Shown one piece after another: positions 1 to 10,087 of a DNA stretch of 64,000 nucleotides. The stretch lies in the NCBI GenBank assembly GCA_905201705.1, contig CAJKOX010000007.1:62866-126865 (forward strand), written 5' to 3'. The notes below the pieces were generated by a model that was not told where the DNA came from, made no database searches, and saw only the letters and a list, made by a program, of their open reading frames with translations. How positions within the stretch are numbered: position 1 is the stretch's first letter; every line of letters begins with the position of its first letter. Both the position numbers and the translations under genes were made by a program. Source of the stretch: an uncultured Marvinbryantia sp. (GTDB lineage: Bacteria > Bacillota > Clostridia > Lachnospirales > Lachnospiraceae).

Positions 1-1727
1 CCCACTGGAATGAGCCGGGCTTTGATGCTTCTGACTGGAGTCCTGCCTGCAGAACAGATGCGCCGGGAGGAAAGCTGGCAGAGCAGAAAGCGCCGTCAGA
101 CGAAGAGGTGTGCAGACTTCTGCCTAAGAGCATCAATGAAGTGAAGCCGGGAATGTATGTGGTTGACTTCGGTCAGAACGTGACTGGCTGGGTGCGCATG
201 CGGGTATCCGGAATTCCCGGTCAGAAGGTACAGCTCCGGTTCGGGGAGGAATTGTGGCCGGATGGAAAAATTAATTACTACAGTACCGGAAGCGGCTGGA
301 GCCAGCAGAAGGATATTTATATTCTGAACGGCAAAGGTGAGGAATGGTATGAGCCGGCATTTACCTGGCATGGATTCCGTTATATGGAAGTACAGGGATA
401 TCCGGGCAGACCGCAGAAGGGGGACTTCACGGCGGTCCATATCCGCTCCGGTGTGGAAAGAAGGGGAGAGTTCCGGTGTTCGGATGCTCTGATCAATCAG
501 ATCCAGAAGGCAAGCCTGTGGTCTATGGAAGGGGGACTTCACGGGGGAATTCCCCTGGATTCTCCGCACAGAGAGCGTCAGGGCTACGGCGGAGATGCGC
601 TGGCTACCGCAAAGGCTCTGATGTACAGCTACGATATGCAGGGCTTCTATGCGGACTGGATGGATGATTTTGCCGATGCACAGGATAAGGAGACTGGTTT
701 TATCCCGCATACGGTCCCGTGCCAGGATGGCGGAGGCGGTCCCGCATGGGGCTGCGCAATGATTGTGATCACGCGTCTTTTGTATCAGTATTATGGTGAT
801 ACCAGGACAGCTCTGGAGCATTACGACAGCATGGCGAAGTGGATGGAATTCCTCCGGACCGGTATGGAAAACGGAATCGTGGAAGGAGAGGGAGAGGACA
901 GAGGCTGTCTTGGCGAGTGGTCTACGCCGGGAGAGATTCTGATACCGCCCAGATTTGTGAACACCTTCTTCTATGGATACTGTGCCAGACTTATGGCGGA
1001 ACTTGGAGATGTCCTGGGCAGGAAAGAGGATGCAAAGCGTTTTGAGGAGGAATACAGACACACGGTTCAGGCCTTCCGGGCAGAATTTTACGATCCGGAC
1101 ACCGGCTGTTACAGCATCGGAGCACAGGGAACGGAGGCGTTTGCCAATAAACTGGGCTGTATCCGGGAGAGGGAGCTGCCCCAGGTAAGGGCATATCTTG
1201 CGGATCATGTTGTGAAGGATTGTGAGGGGAATCTCGACACCGGTATTTTCGGTACACCCTTCCTGTTTGAGACACTGATCGAGTTCGGGCTGGAGGATAT
1301 CGCATGGCGCATGATTACCAGTGTGACTTATCCCGGCTATGGATATATGTTGTCGAATGGCGCTACTACCCTTTGGGAATACTGGGAAAAAGAATATGGC
1401 TTTTATCAGTGCCCCGGGAACCATAATCAGCCGATGTTCGGAAGCATCAGCGGGTGCTTTTATGAGAAGCTGGCAGGTATTACACCTCTGGAGCCGGCCT
1501 ATAAGAAGATCGGGATCGCGCCGAAGCCGATTGGCGGACTGCGTTTTGTGACAGCGAAGGTAGAGACACCTTATGGAGAGGTCTGTGTTGACTGGGAGAA
1601 GAACGATGATGAGTTTCTTCTGAACGTCACTGTTCCGGCAAACACCAGTGCAGAAATCGCTGTTCCGGGTCAAGAAATCACAGAGGTCGGTTCCGGCAGC
1701 TACCGTTTCCGGTATCTGATGGGCTAA
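1..1727 (+). CDS. GH78 alpha-L-rhamnosidase-family glycoside hydrolase (5' end lies outside window)
   Basis: Frame is open from position 3 (HWNEPGFDASDW). Motifs VDFGQN..GW, FTWHGFRY, DSPHRERQGYGGD, GATTLWEYW and NHNQPMFG are typical of GH78. Confidence 0.88.
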   Translation, partial: HWNEPGFDASDWSPACRTDAPGGKLAEQKAPSDEEVCRLLPKSINEVKPGMYVVDFGQNVTGWVRMRVSGIPGQKVQLRFGEELWPDGKINYYSTGSGWSQQKDIYILNGKGEEWYEPAFTWHGFRYMEVQGYPGRPQKGDFTAVHIRSGVERRGEFRCSDALINQIQKASLWSMEGGLHGGIPLDSPHRERQGYGGDALATAKALMYSYDMQGFYADWMDDFADAQDKETGFIPHTVPCQDGGGGPAWGCAMIVITRLLYQYYGDTRTALEHYDSMAKWMEFLRTGMENGIVEGEGEDRGCLGEWSTPGEILIPPRFVNTFFYGYCARLMAELGDVLGRKEDAKRFEEEYRHTVQAFRAEFYDPDTGCYSIGAQGTEAFANKLGCIRERELPQVRAYLADHVVKDCEGNLDTGIFGTPFLFETLIEFGLEDIAWRMITSVTYPGYGYMLSNGATTLWEYWEKEYGFYQCPGNHNQPMFGSISGCFYEKLAGITPLEPAYKKIGIAPKPIGGLRFVTAKVETPYGEVCVDWEKNDDEFLLNVTVPANTSAEIAVPGQEITEVGSGSYRFRYLMG

Positions 1728-1782
1728 AACCCGGTCGCAGCCGCATTTGGCAGAGATGGGGAAGGAGAAAGTGAGGAAATAG

Positions 1783-3471
1783 ATGAATTACAGAAGTCAT
1801 GATATATTAAGAGGTCCCGGCTATGCCAACGTCAGGGCCCTGTACAAGGCGGACGGCTTCACAGAAGAAGAGCTTCACCGTCCCATCATTGCTATTGCGA
1901 ATTCGTATAATTCCATCTGTCCGGGACATCTTGTGTTCCGGCAGATGGCAGACCGCATCAAGGAGGGAATCCAGGCCGCGGGCGGTATGCCGGTTGAGTT
2001 CGGAACTATCGGCGCCTGTGACGGAATCGCCATGGGGCATGGCGGAATGCGGTATATTCTCCCCGCCCGGGAGATGATTGCGGACGATGTGGAGGCAATG
2101 GTGCAGGCACACCGGCTGGATGGAATCGTTCTGGTCGGCAGTTGTGACAAGATCATTCCCGGAATGCTGATCGGAGCGATGAGAGTCAATCTTCCGGCTA
2201 TTTTAATCAATGGCGGACCAAGCCTTCCGGGACACATGGCACAGGGAAATCCTTACGGTGGGGAATATATTGATCATTCTTTTATCCAGCAGTCTGAGGG
2301 AGCGCTGCAGGCAGGGCGCATCACAGAGGAAGAATTTGACTGGATCGAGAATCATGCGGTACCGACAGCCGGCTCTTGCGCAATGCTGGGTACCGCCAAT
2401 ACTATGGGCTGTCTGGCGGAAGCTATGGGCATTATGCTGCCGGGAGCTTCCTCCATTCCGGCGGTGTACAGCAAGCGTATGGCGGCGGCCTATGACAGCG
2501 GCAAAGCAATTGTAGAATTAGTGAAGAAAAATATCCGTATTCGTGATATTATTACAAAGGAGGCACTGCTGAACGCGATCCGTGTGAACTCAGCCATCGG
2601 AGGCTCCACCAATGCCGTACTTCATATCCTGGCCATAGCCCGGGCAGGAAAGATCGATCTCACCCTGAGAGAGTTTGGAGAGGTGAGCGGAGAGGCTTTG
2701 CATCTTGCAGCCATGATCCCGGCGGGACCATATACGCTCCTTGACTTTTACGAGGCAGGCGGTATCCCGGCTCTGATGAAGGGGATGAAGAGAAAGCTTT
2801 CGACAGAGCTTCTCACCTGTACCGGAAAAACGGTGGAAGAGAATCTGGAGCATGTGAAAAACCGCCGGCCGGAGGTGATCCATGATGACAGCGCCCCGGT
2901 GCATCACAGACCGGGTATTGGCATTCTTTATGGAAATATTGCGCCGGATGGCTCTGTTACAAAACCATCGGCGATTCCGGAGGATGCTTTATATTTCCGG
3001 GGAAAGGCGAAGGTCTATGAGGGAGAGGAAGAGGCGCTGAGCAGTATCCGGAACGGAGAGGTGCAGGCAGGTGCGGTGGTCGTAATCCGCAACGAGGGAC
3101 CTAAGGGCGGACCGGGCATGCCGGAAATGTATAAGGCAATGAAGCTTCTGGTAGGCCTGGGGCTTGGTTCTAAGGTATGCCTTATTACGGACGGACGGTT
3201 TTCCGGATCAAATAACGGGTGCTTTGTGGGGCATATCTGCCCGGAAGCTGCTGACGACGGTCCCATCGCTTATCTGCGGGACGGAGATGAAATTATTGTA
3301 GATGTAAAAAAAGGAACCATTGATGCACCGCTGGTGGATTTTGAAGAGAGAAGAAAAGAACCCTACACCTGCCGCAGAAGAGCAGAGGGCTACCTGTATC
3401 AGTATGCAAAGAATGTAAGGTCTGCATCTGCCGGTGCGGTGATTCCCACCTGTGAAGGAGATGAACTATGA
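1783..3471 (+). CDS. ilvD: IlvD/Edd-family dihydroxy-acid dehydratase (probably sugar-acid dehydratase)
   Basis: Motifs CDGIAMGH, GSCDK, CAMLGTANTM, GGSTN, EGPKGGPGMPEM, TDGRFSG. Confidence 0.9.
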   Translation: MNYRSHDILRGPGYANVRALYKADGFTEEELHRPIIAIANSYNSICPGHLVFRQMADRIKEGIQAAGGMPVEFGTIGACDGIAMGHGGMRYILPAREMIADDVEAMVQAHRLDGIVLVGSCDKIIPGMLIGAMRVNLPAILINGGPSLPGHMAQGNPYGGEYIDHSFIQQSEGALQAGRITEEEFDWIENHAVPTAGSCAMLGTANTMGCLAEAMGIMLPGASSIPAVYSKRMAAAYDSGKAIVELVKKNIRIRDIITKEALLNAIRVNSAIGGSTNAVLHILAIARAGKIDLTLREFGEVSGEALHLAAMIPAGPYTLLDFYEAGGIPALMKGMKRKLSTELLTCTGKTVEENLEHVKNRRPEVIHDDSAPVHHRPGIGILYGNIAPDGSVTKPSAIPEDALYFRGKAKVYEGEEEALSSIRNGEVQAGAVVVIRNEGPKGGPGMPEMYKAMKLLVGLGLGSKVCLITDGRFSGSNNGCFVGHICPEAADDGPIAYLRDGDEIIVDVKKGTIDAPLVDFEERRKEPYTCRRRAEGYLYQYAKNVRSASAGAVIPTCEGDEL

Positions 3472-4220
3472 GAGCGATTGATGTACATGCACATCTTGGA
3501 GACGATGTGGTATTTGGTCATTCTATTACGGAAAAAACGCTGCTGGATGGTTATAGAGGAACCATCGTGCAGGGAGCCATTGTGCAGCCGTCTCTTCCAA
3601 GATTTTCGGTGGAGGCAAACAGGGAGATCCATGACAGGATCGCCCGTTTCTGCGCATGCACGGATATGAAAATCTGGGGAATGGCTTCTATTTACCCTCA
3701 TTTTACCCATGAGGAATACAGAGAGGAAGCCTATCGCTGTGTGAGAGAGCTGGGGTTTGTCGGTCTGAAGCTGACACCCATTGGTCATGCGTGTGATCCG
3801 GAGTCGGAGGACGGAATGTATGCCTTTTCTATTGCGGCGGAGCTTGGGGTGCCAATGATGGTGCATACCGGATCCGGCATACCGTTTTCCAATCCCATGC
3901 ATGTTCTGAAGACCGCACAGAGATTCCCGGAACTGAAAATTGTCATTGCACATGCCGGGATGGGGCTTATGACCCGGGAGTCCATCATTCTTGCACAGCT
4001 CTGTCCGAATGTTTATCTGGAACCGACCTGGATCGGAGTCGCGGATATGAAGACGATATACACGGAGCTTGGAGCGGAAAAAATGATGTTTTCCTCAGAT
4101 CATGTGAACAATGTACCCGTACAGCTTGAGACCTTAAAAACAGTAATACCGGCAGCAGATTTAGACCAGGTATTATATAAGACGGCAGAACAGGTATACC
4201 AGATTGAGCTTTATGCGTAA
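3468..4220 (+). CDS. Amidohydrolase_2-family metallohydrolase (possible lactonase)
   Basis: IDVHAH, VHTG, IAHAG and MFSSD metal-binding motifs; ATGA overlap with upstream gene. Confidence 0.8.
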   Translation: MRAIDVHAHLGDDVVFGHSITEKTLLDGYRGTIVQGAIVQPSLPRFSVEANREIHDRIARFCACTDMKIWGMASIYPHFTHEEYREEAYRCVRELGFVGLKLTPIGHACDPESEDGMYAFSIAAELGVPMMVHTGSGIPFSNPMHVLKTAQRFPELKIVIAHAGMGLMTRESIILAQLCPNVYLEPTWIGVADMKTIYTELGAEKMMFSSDHVNNVPVQLETLKTVIPAADLDQVLYKTAEQVYQIELYA

Positions 4221-5976
4221 AATACTTTCTTTTTATCGTAGTAAATTAAATAAACTCAGCATTTCTGCGAAAATGTCGATAGTTATGACTGCGGCAGTTA
4301 TCCAGATCCTGGTGATTTTTCTCTGTATCAACCGGTATTACAATTCCTATTCCATATATCAGAGAGTGGAAGTGGCATCCATGACTTATCTGGACAGCAT
4401 TGACAATCTGGTAGAGAATCTGGTGGATACACTGGACAGCTATTCAAGGATCTGTTTTTCCAATGCTTCCGTGCAGGAAGCATTGGAAAAGGGTTCAGAC
4501 GGTCAGATCAATTTTAATCTTCAGAACGATGTGAATAATTATCTGGATGAGCTTGTGGCAAATATTACCCAGATTGAGTCTATTTATCTGTACAGTAATA
4601 CCGAGCTGCTGGCATTTGCGGACCAGGAGCCCAAACATTATCCGAAATACCAGCGGGTTCAGGATTATGAGTGGTATAGTGATCGGGAATATGGGGAATA
4701 CTATGTAGACTTTTCCAACGATGATTTTTCCCGGCCGGACAATGAGACTGAAATCTGTTTCCGGAGAGCGGTCCGCAGTACGCGGAGCTTTCAGCAGATC
4801 GGTTACATGATTATGATTGTTTCGACGGATGTGCTTGAAAATCTGCTGGTGTCCGACGATACGAAATACGAAAGTATTTTTTGTCTGCTGGATGAGGAGA
4901 GATCCATGATTGTGATGTCGGATCCCCGGTACCGCACTGAGATGCTGGAAATCGGGAATGATATGATCGACCGGGGTGAGACGACTATCATCGGTACCAT
5001 GGGCGGGCAGAAATACATGTTCTGTATTCTTCAGACAGACAAAGGGTACTATATGGATGCCATTTCCGTGGATGACGCGTATCGGAAAGAACATAGCAGA
5101 AATCTGATGGAGATCATGCTGATCGCCCTGCAGGCAGTGGTGACTCTGATCGGTATCGTTGTAATATCAAGATGGTATGCGCGGCCGATCCGGACGCTGA
5201 TGGAATCCATGAGCGCGCTTCAAAACGGAATTTTCCAGCCGGTGGAAATGAACTCCGGGCACTACGAGATCCGGGAACTGATCCGTGTATATAACGATAT
5301 GGTGAGGGAAATCAATCTTCTGATCGAGCGGACGAAGGAAGCAGAGCAGATGAAGGGAAAGGCGGATCTGAAGGCGCTGACTGCACAGATTAATCCTCAT
5401 TTTCTGTACAATACCTTTGATTCTGTAAAAGCACTGTTTGTACTGAAACGGTATGATGATGCCTGCTATATGATTGATGCTCTTTCACGGTTTTATAAGA
5501 TTAATCTCAGCAAGGGGGATGACTTCATCACGATTGAGCGCAATCTCATTATGCTGAAGAGCTATGTGGATATCCAGCAAATGAGGTTTGTCGGGGAGTT
5601 TGATTATATTTACAATGTAGACCCTGACATTCTGCAATGGAAAATCCTCAAGCTCACGCTGCAGCCGCTGATTGAAAATGCGATCAACCATGGAATTCAT
5701 GGCTACACGAAGCATGGAATCATCAGACTGGATATTACCCGTATTGGAGAACGGCAGATCCGGATCAGGCTGACAGACAATGGCCGGGGTATGTCGGAAG
5801 AATTATTGACGAAGGCGCTTGCAGGAGAAGGCGGGGAACACGGGAAATCTTTTGGATTGTCTGCCACTCTTCACAGACTGCAGTATTGCTATGGAGAGCG
5901 GATGGCCTGGAGCATAGAGTCAGAGGAAAACCAGGGAACGGCGATTACAATTGATCTGATATTGGAGGAATTGTAA
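4213..5976 (+). CDS. YesM-like sensor histidine kinase
   Basis: Two TM segments, HAMP, AQINPHFLYNT, LQPLIENAINHG, DNGRG. ATG at 4213 preferred over TTG at 4204. Confidence 0.9.
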   Translation: MRKILSFYRSKLNKLSISAKMSIVMTAAVIQILVIFLCINRYYNSYSIYQRVEVASMTYLDSIDNLVENLVDTLDSYSRICFSNASVQEALEKGSDGQINFNLQNDVNNYLDELVANITQIESIYLYSNTELLAFADQEPKHYPKYQRVQDYEWYSDREYGEYYVDFSNDDFSRPDNETEICFRRAVRSTRSFQQIGYMIMIVSTDVLENLLVSDDTKYESIFCLLDEERSMIVMSDPRYRTEMLEIGNDMIDRGETTIIGTMGGQKYMFCILQTDKGYYMDAISVDDAYRKEHSRNLMEIMLIALQAVVTLIGIVVISRWYARPIRTLMESMSALQNGIFQPVEMNSGHYEIRELIRVYNDMVREINLLIERTKEAEQMKGKADLKALTAQINPHFLYNTFDSVKALFVLKRYDDACYMIDALSRFYKINLSKGDDFITIERNLIMLKSYVDIQQMRFVGEFDYIYNVDPDILQWKILKLTLQPLIENAINHGIHGYTKHGIIRLDITRIGERQIRIRLTDNGRGMSEELLTKALAGEGGEHGKSFGLSATLHRLQYCYGERMAWSIESEENQGTAITIDLILEEL

Positions 5977-5978
5977 CT

Positions 5979-7568
5979 ATGTTAAAGCTGATAATTGTAG
6001 ATGATGAATATCTGATCAGACAACTGATCCGGAACGGTATCGCGTGGAGTGAGCAGGGAATCGAGGTCGTGGGAGAAATGGAATCCGCGGAAGAAGCCAT
6101 GAACCAGATGGCGGTTCTTCAGCCGGATATTGTTCTGACAGATATCTGCATGCCGGTGACAGACGGTCTGTTTTTTGCAGAAAAACTGAAGGAAGAGTAC
6201 CCTTCTATCAAAATCATTGCAATTACCGGTTATGATAATTTTGAGTATGCAAAACGCGGGATTCATATTGGACTCGACGGTTATATTCTGAAGCCCATCA
6301 ATATGGATGAGCTGGTAGAAGCCGTTGGAAAGCTCCGCGCAAAGATTGAGTCAGAGCGTCTGCGGGACAGCGAGATAAAAGGGTTGTCTGAGTTTAAAAA
6401 GGACACAGAGGAAGTGGTTCGTGAATATTATCTGACCAAGCTTCTGGAATCGGATGTTCAGGAAGAAATTGTGAGCAATCAGTTCATGGAAGAGCTTTCG
6501 CCGGAAAAAAGCGATTTTATCTGGCTCGGAGTCCTGGAATATAATGTCGGCGACAAAAAGCACGGAATTTCCAGAAATGCCAGAAAGCAGCGGGAGGAAT
6601 GGATCAGGGACTACTGCGTGAAGCATATGGAAAACATGGTGTGGATCAGCGACCGGTTCGACCGGTTTGTTATATTGGATCCGCAGGAGAAGATCAATCA
6701 TCAGGAATTTCTCAGAAAGCTGGAAACGGGCTGGCGGAAGGTTTTTGAGAGTCCTTTGTATTACGGGAGCGATATTATCAGAAATCAGGAAAAAAGTATT
6801 CATATGGCTTACATGAATGCAGTGACCAGGCTGAACACGGCGCTGATCAACAGTGACAATGAATATGAGAATCCTGTATTTTACCGCAAGGACAGGAAAA
6901 AATATGCAAAACTGCTTTCCATGAAGGAATTGCGGAGACTGCAGTATTGCATTGAGTCTGATTCATCGGCGGAGATGAGCCAGATCATTGACGAGTGGTT
7001 TGGCAGCTGGAGTCATGTTACGGCGGAGGATATGGAATTTTTGAAGATGCAGCTTCTGAATACCTTCTTTTATGTGTATATGCTGTCCGGTACCCAGTAT
7101 GAAGACGCTTTTCCGCCTGTTTATATGCGGCTTTATGAAAAGACGAAAGAGGCACAGAATTTGTCTGAGCTGAGACAGGGCTTTATCGAAGGGTGTGATG
7201 AGCTTGCGGCGATGCTTCAGAACGATGCACCCGCGGCAGATACCTCGAAGCTGATTTATTCCATGAAGCAATATATCAAGGAGAATCTGGATGATCCGGA
7301 TCTGTCCCTGGTGACACTGGCGAATACCTATTATCTGAACAGCAGCTATCTCAGCCGTATATTTAAAAAAGAAGTAAAAAGCTCCTTTATAGAGTACCTT
7401 ACAGACCGGCGGATAGCGAAGGCGAAGCAGCTTTTAAGATACAGTAATCTGAAAATTTATGAGGTAGGAGAACGGGTGGGGATCTACAACGCGAATTACT
7501 TTGGAATACTGTTTAAGAAAAAGGTGGGGGTTACCCCGGTAGAATACAGAAAACAATACAGTAACTGA
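5979..7568 (+). CDS. YesN-like response regulator (receiver + AraC HTH)
   Basis: IVDDE...TDICMP..DG receiver domain; C-terminal SYLSRIFKK...YFGILFKKKVGVTPVEYR AraC domain. Confidence 0.92.
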   Translation: MLKLIIVDDEYLIRQLIRNGIAWSEQGIEVVGEMESAEEAMNQMAVLQPDIVLTDICMPVTDGLFFAEKLKEEYPSIKIIAITGYDNFEYAKRGIHIGLDGYILKPINMDELVEAVGKLRAKIESERLRDSEIKGLSEFKKDTEEVVREYYLTKLLESDVQEEIVSNQFMEELSPEKSDFIWLGVLEYNVGDKKHGISRNARKQREEWIRDYCVKHMENMVWISDRFDRFVILDPQEKINHQEFLRKLETGWRKVFESPLYYGSDIIRNQEKSIHMAYMNAVTRLNTALINSDNEYENPVFYRKDRKKYAKLLSMKELRRLQYCIESDSSAEMSQIIDEWFGSWSHVTAEDMEFLKMQLLNTFFYVYMLSGTQYEDAFPPVYMRLYEKTKEAQNLSELRQGFIEGCDELAAMLQNDAPAADTSKLIYSMKQYIKENLDDPDLSLVTLANTYYLNSSYLSRIFKKEVKSSFIEYLTDRRIAKAKQLLRYSNLKIYEVGERVGIYNANYFGILFKKKVGVTPVEYRKQYSN

Positions 7569-7570
7569 GA

Positions 7571-7608
7571 GGATCTTTCCGGATAATGGCCGGAAGGATC
7601 TTTTTTTT
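7571..7608 (+). terminator. Rho-independent terminator
   Basis: GATCTTTCCGG...CCGGAAGGATC hairpin followed by T8. Confidence 0.8.
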
Positions 7609-7716
7609 GTCCGGCTTACAGAAAAACTGCCGGCGGAAGAATTTCCTGCTATGGCAATATTTACGTATAAAGCGAAAATAGCGAAGGAAAATTTGGCAAA
7701 GTCACTGGAGAAGGCG

Positions 7717-7787
7717 TGAAAAAAGTAAAATTAATATTGAAAAAGGTAAAAAGTATGAGATTTTTGCATCGCATTTTAGTGTAAAAT
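7717..7787 (+). promoter_or_regulatory. Activator-dependent promoter with direct-repeat binding site
   Basis: TGAAAAAAGTAAAA (7717) and TGAAAAAGGTAAAA (7738), 21 bp apart; -10 TAAAAT at 7782-7787 with no good -35. Confidence 0.55.
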
Positions 7788-7848
7788 GGAGATACCAAAT
7801 AAAGTGAAAGAAAGGAGGAGGTAACAAAGTTTTGTTACCGACAAAGGT

Positions 7849-9123
7849 ATGAACAGGAATTTTAAGAAGGCGGCGGCAGCTCTGGCATCACTTAGTATGC
7901 TGGCAGCGATGACCGGAAGTGCAGTATCTGCTGAAGAGGCGGAGCAGATCACCCTGAATGTATCTCACATTTTTGTAGATCAGGCAGACGGACAGTACAA
8001 GGGCTGGTACAGAGCATTGGATGAGTATAAGGAAACGCATCCCAATGTGACTATCGTGGAGGATACTGCGGATAACGATGCATACAAGACGAAGCTGAAA
8101 ACACAGCTTGCGGCTGGTTCTGTTCCGGATGTTTTCTATGCATGGGGCGGCGGATTTACAGCACCGTTTGTTGAGGCGGGAATCGTTGAGAATCTGGATT
8201 CCTATGTGGAAGATGGTACGATCAACATGGATGCCATGATGCCGGATATCTGCAACAACTTCTACTATAACGGATCTCTCTATGGACTTCCTCTGGACAG
8301 CTTTATCGGAGTGCTTATGTGTAATCAGGAGCTGTTCGACAAGTATGAACTGGAGGTTCCGAAGACCATGGATGATCTCTACGAAGTCTCCAAGGTATTC
8401 AATGAGAATGGCATCACACCGGTTGCAATGGGAGAAAAAGATAAATGGCCGGGTCTGTTCCCGTTTGGAGTGCTTGCTCTTAGATACGGCGGTGTGGAAA
8501 CTACTACAACGCTGCTGAACGGCGAAGGAAGCTTTAATCAGGAATTTGTTGCACAGACGGCACAGGAACTGCAGAAGATGGTAGATGAAGGAGTATTCTC
8601 CGGCGACAGCGTTGCCCTTACGAATGATGAAGCCATTGAAGAGTTCAAACAGGGTCGTGCGGCTATGTGGTACAGCGGAAACTGGCAGGTAGGCGAGCTT
8701 TCATCCGAGGGTTCCCCGCTGGCAGGAAAACTGACGATCGTGAACTGGCCGGCAGTGACAGACGCAGCAGGAGACCAGAACGCATTTGTCGGCGGCGCAA
8801 GCGCGACACTGGTGGCATCAGCGACCAGCGAACATAAGCAGGAAGCGGTAGAGTTCATTACATTCATGAGCCAGCATTTCTCCGACTACGCTTATGAGGA
8901 AGGTGCGATCCTCCCGACCTGGAAGTATGAAGGCGATATGGAACTGAAGCCTTTCCAGGAGACACTGCTTGGACTGATGGAGAGCGCAGACGGTTTCTGT
9001 CTTGCATGGGATACTCTGCTTGACCCGGAGACAGCAGATGTTCATTCTACTTCCCTCCAGGGAATCTATGCACAGCAGATGACAGCTGACGATTATATTG
9101 AAGCTATGGCAGCAATCAGATAA
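7849..9123 (+). CDS. Sugar ABC transporter substrate-binding protein (family 1)
   Basis: Signal peptide; LAAGSVPDVF, NGSLYGLP, FKQGRAAM motifs; precedes two permeases. Confidence 0.9.
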   Translation: MNRNFKKAAAALASLSMLAAMTGSAVSAEEAEQITLNVSHIFVDQADGQYKGWYRALDEYKETHPNVTIVEDTADNDAYKTKLKTQLAAGSVPDVFYAWGGGFTAPFVEAGIVENLDSYVEDGTINMDAMMPDICNNFYYNGSLYGLPLDSFIGVLMCNQELFDKYELEVPKTMDDLYEVSKVFNENGITPVAMGEKDKWPGLFPFGVLALRYGGVETTTTLLNGEGSFNQEFVAQTAQELQKMVDEGVFSGDSVALTNDEAIEEFKQGRAAMWYSGNWQVGELSSEGSPLAGKLTIVNWPAVTDAAGDQNAFVGGASATLVASATSEHKQEAVEFITFMSQHFSDYAYEEGAILPTWKYEGDMELKPFQETLLGLMESADGFCLAWDTLLDPETADVHSTSLQGIYAQQMTADDYIEAMAAIR

Positions 9124-9137
9124 TTCATAAAAAAATG

Positions 9138-9178
9138 AGACTGCCGCTGGGTGTTGATTCTGACACAGCGGCAGTTTC
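9138..9178 (+). other. Intergenic stem-loop after SBP gene (mRNA stabiliser or partial terminator)
   Basis: ACTGCCGCTG...CAGCGGCAGT inverted repeat. Confidence 0.6.
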
Positions 9179-9196
9179 TGGTTAGCAGGGATAAGT

Positions 9197-10072
9197 ATGA
9201 ATAAAATTTTAGGAAATAAAACAGCGATTGCCATATTTACAGTTCCCGCTCTTGTTTTGTTCGGGGGTACGATACTTTATTCGATTATCATGTCATTCAG
9301 ATACAGTCTGCTTGACTGGAACGGATTTGGGGAAGGTGTTTTTGTTGGCTTTGCAAATTATGTCAAACTGTTTCAGGATAAGGTATTTTTAAGAGCCGCC
9401 GGAAATTCTCTCCTGCTGGGTGCGATCACACTGGTCACACAGCTTCCGCTGGCGCTGCTGCTGGCACTGATTCTGACCAGCGGGATCAAAGGCGAAGGCT
9501 TTTACCGGACTGTGTTTTTCATTCCTATGACGCTTTCATCTGTTGTAATCGGACAGCTCTGGCTGAAGATTTATAATCCGAACTATGGAATACTGAATAC
9601 GCTTCTTGGGGCTCTGGGGCTGGAATCCTTACAGAGAAACTGGCTGGGGGATGTGGACACCGCATTGCTGAGCGCCTTTGTCCCGATCATCTGGCAGAAT
9701 GTCGGATATCATATGCTGCTGTTCTATACATCGATCAAATCCATTTCCAGAGATGTTATTGAAGCGGCGAAGCTGGACGGCGCTACGGGATTTACTTCGG
9801 CTATCTATATTACGATTCCGCTGGTGAAACCTATGATCCGGACCTGTGCGATTTTCGTGATCATCGGATCTTTGAAAGCGTTTGATATGATCTATGTATT
9901 GACGAACGGCGGACCGGTACATATGACGGAGGTTCCGAGTTCACTGATGTTCAGCAATATTTTCAATCTCAATAAGTATGGATACGGAAGCAGTATTTCT
10001 ATATTTATTGTTGTGGAGTGCATTATCATGGCGCTCGTGCTGCAGAAGATGTTTCACGTAAAGGATGAATGA
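9197..10072 (+). CDS. Carbohydrate ABC transporter permease
   Basis: Multiple TMs, EAA loop (IEAAKLDGA), TNGGP motif. Confidence 0.92.
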   Translation: MNKILGNKTAIAIFTVPALVLFGGTILYSIIMSFRYSLLDWNGFGEGVFVGFANYVKLFQDKVFLRAAGNSLLLGAITLVTQLPLALLLALILTSGIKGEGFYRTVFFIPMTLSSVVIGQLWLKIYNPNYGILNTLLGALGLESLQRNWLGDVDTALLSAFVPIIWQNVGYHMLLFYTSIKSISRDVIEAAKLDGATGFTSAIYITIPLVKPMIRTCAIFVIIGSLKAFDMIYVLTNGGPVHMTEVPSSLMFSNIFNLNKYGYGSSISIFIVVECIIMALVLQKMFHVKDE

Positions 10073-10087
10073 TGGGAGGGGAAGACG

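Noticed and set aside
96..1673. Long antisense ORFs (also 28495-29994, 33416-35011, 39403-40668, 44643-45800, 47759-49282, 51883-53193)
   Set aside because: They shadow well-supported genes on the opposite strand, lack recognisable motifs and are explained by codon bias.
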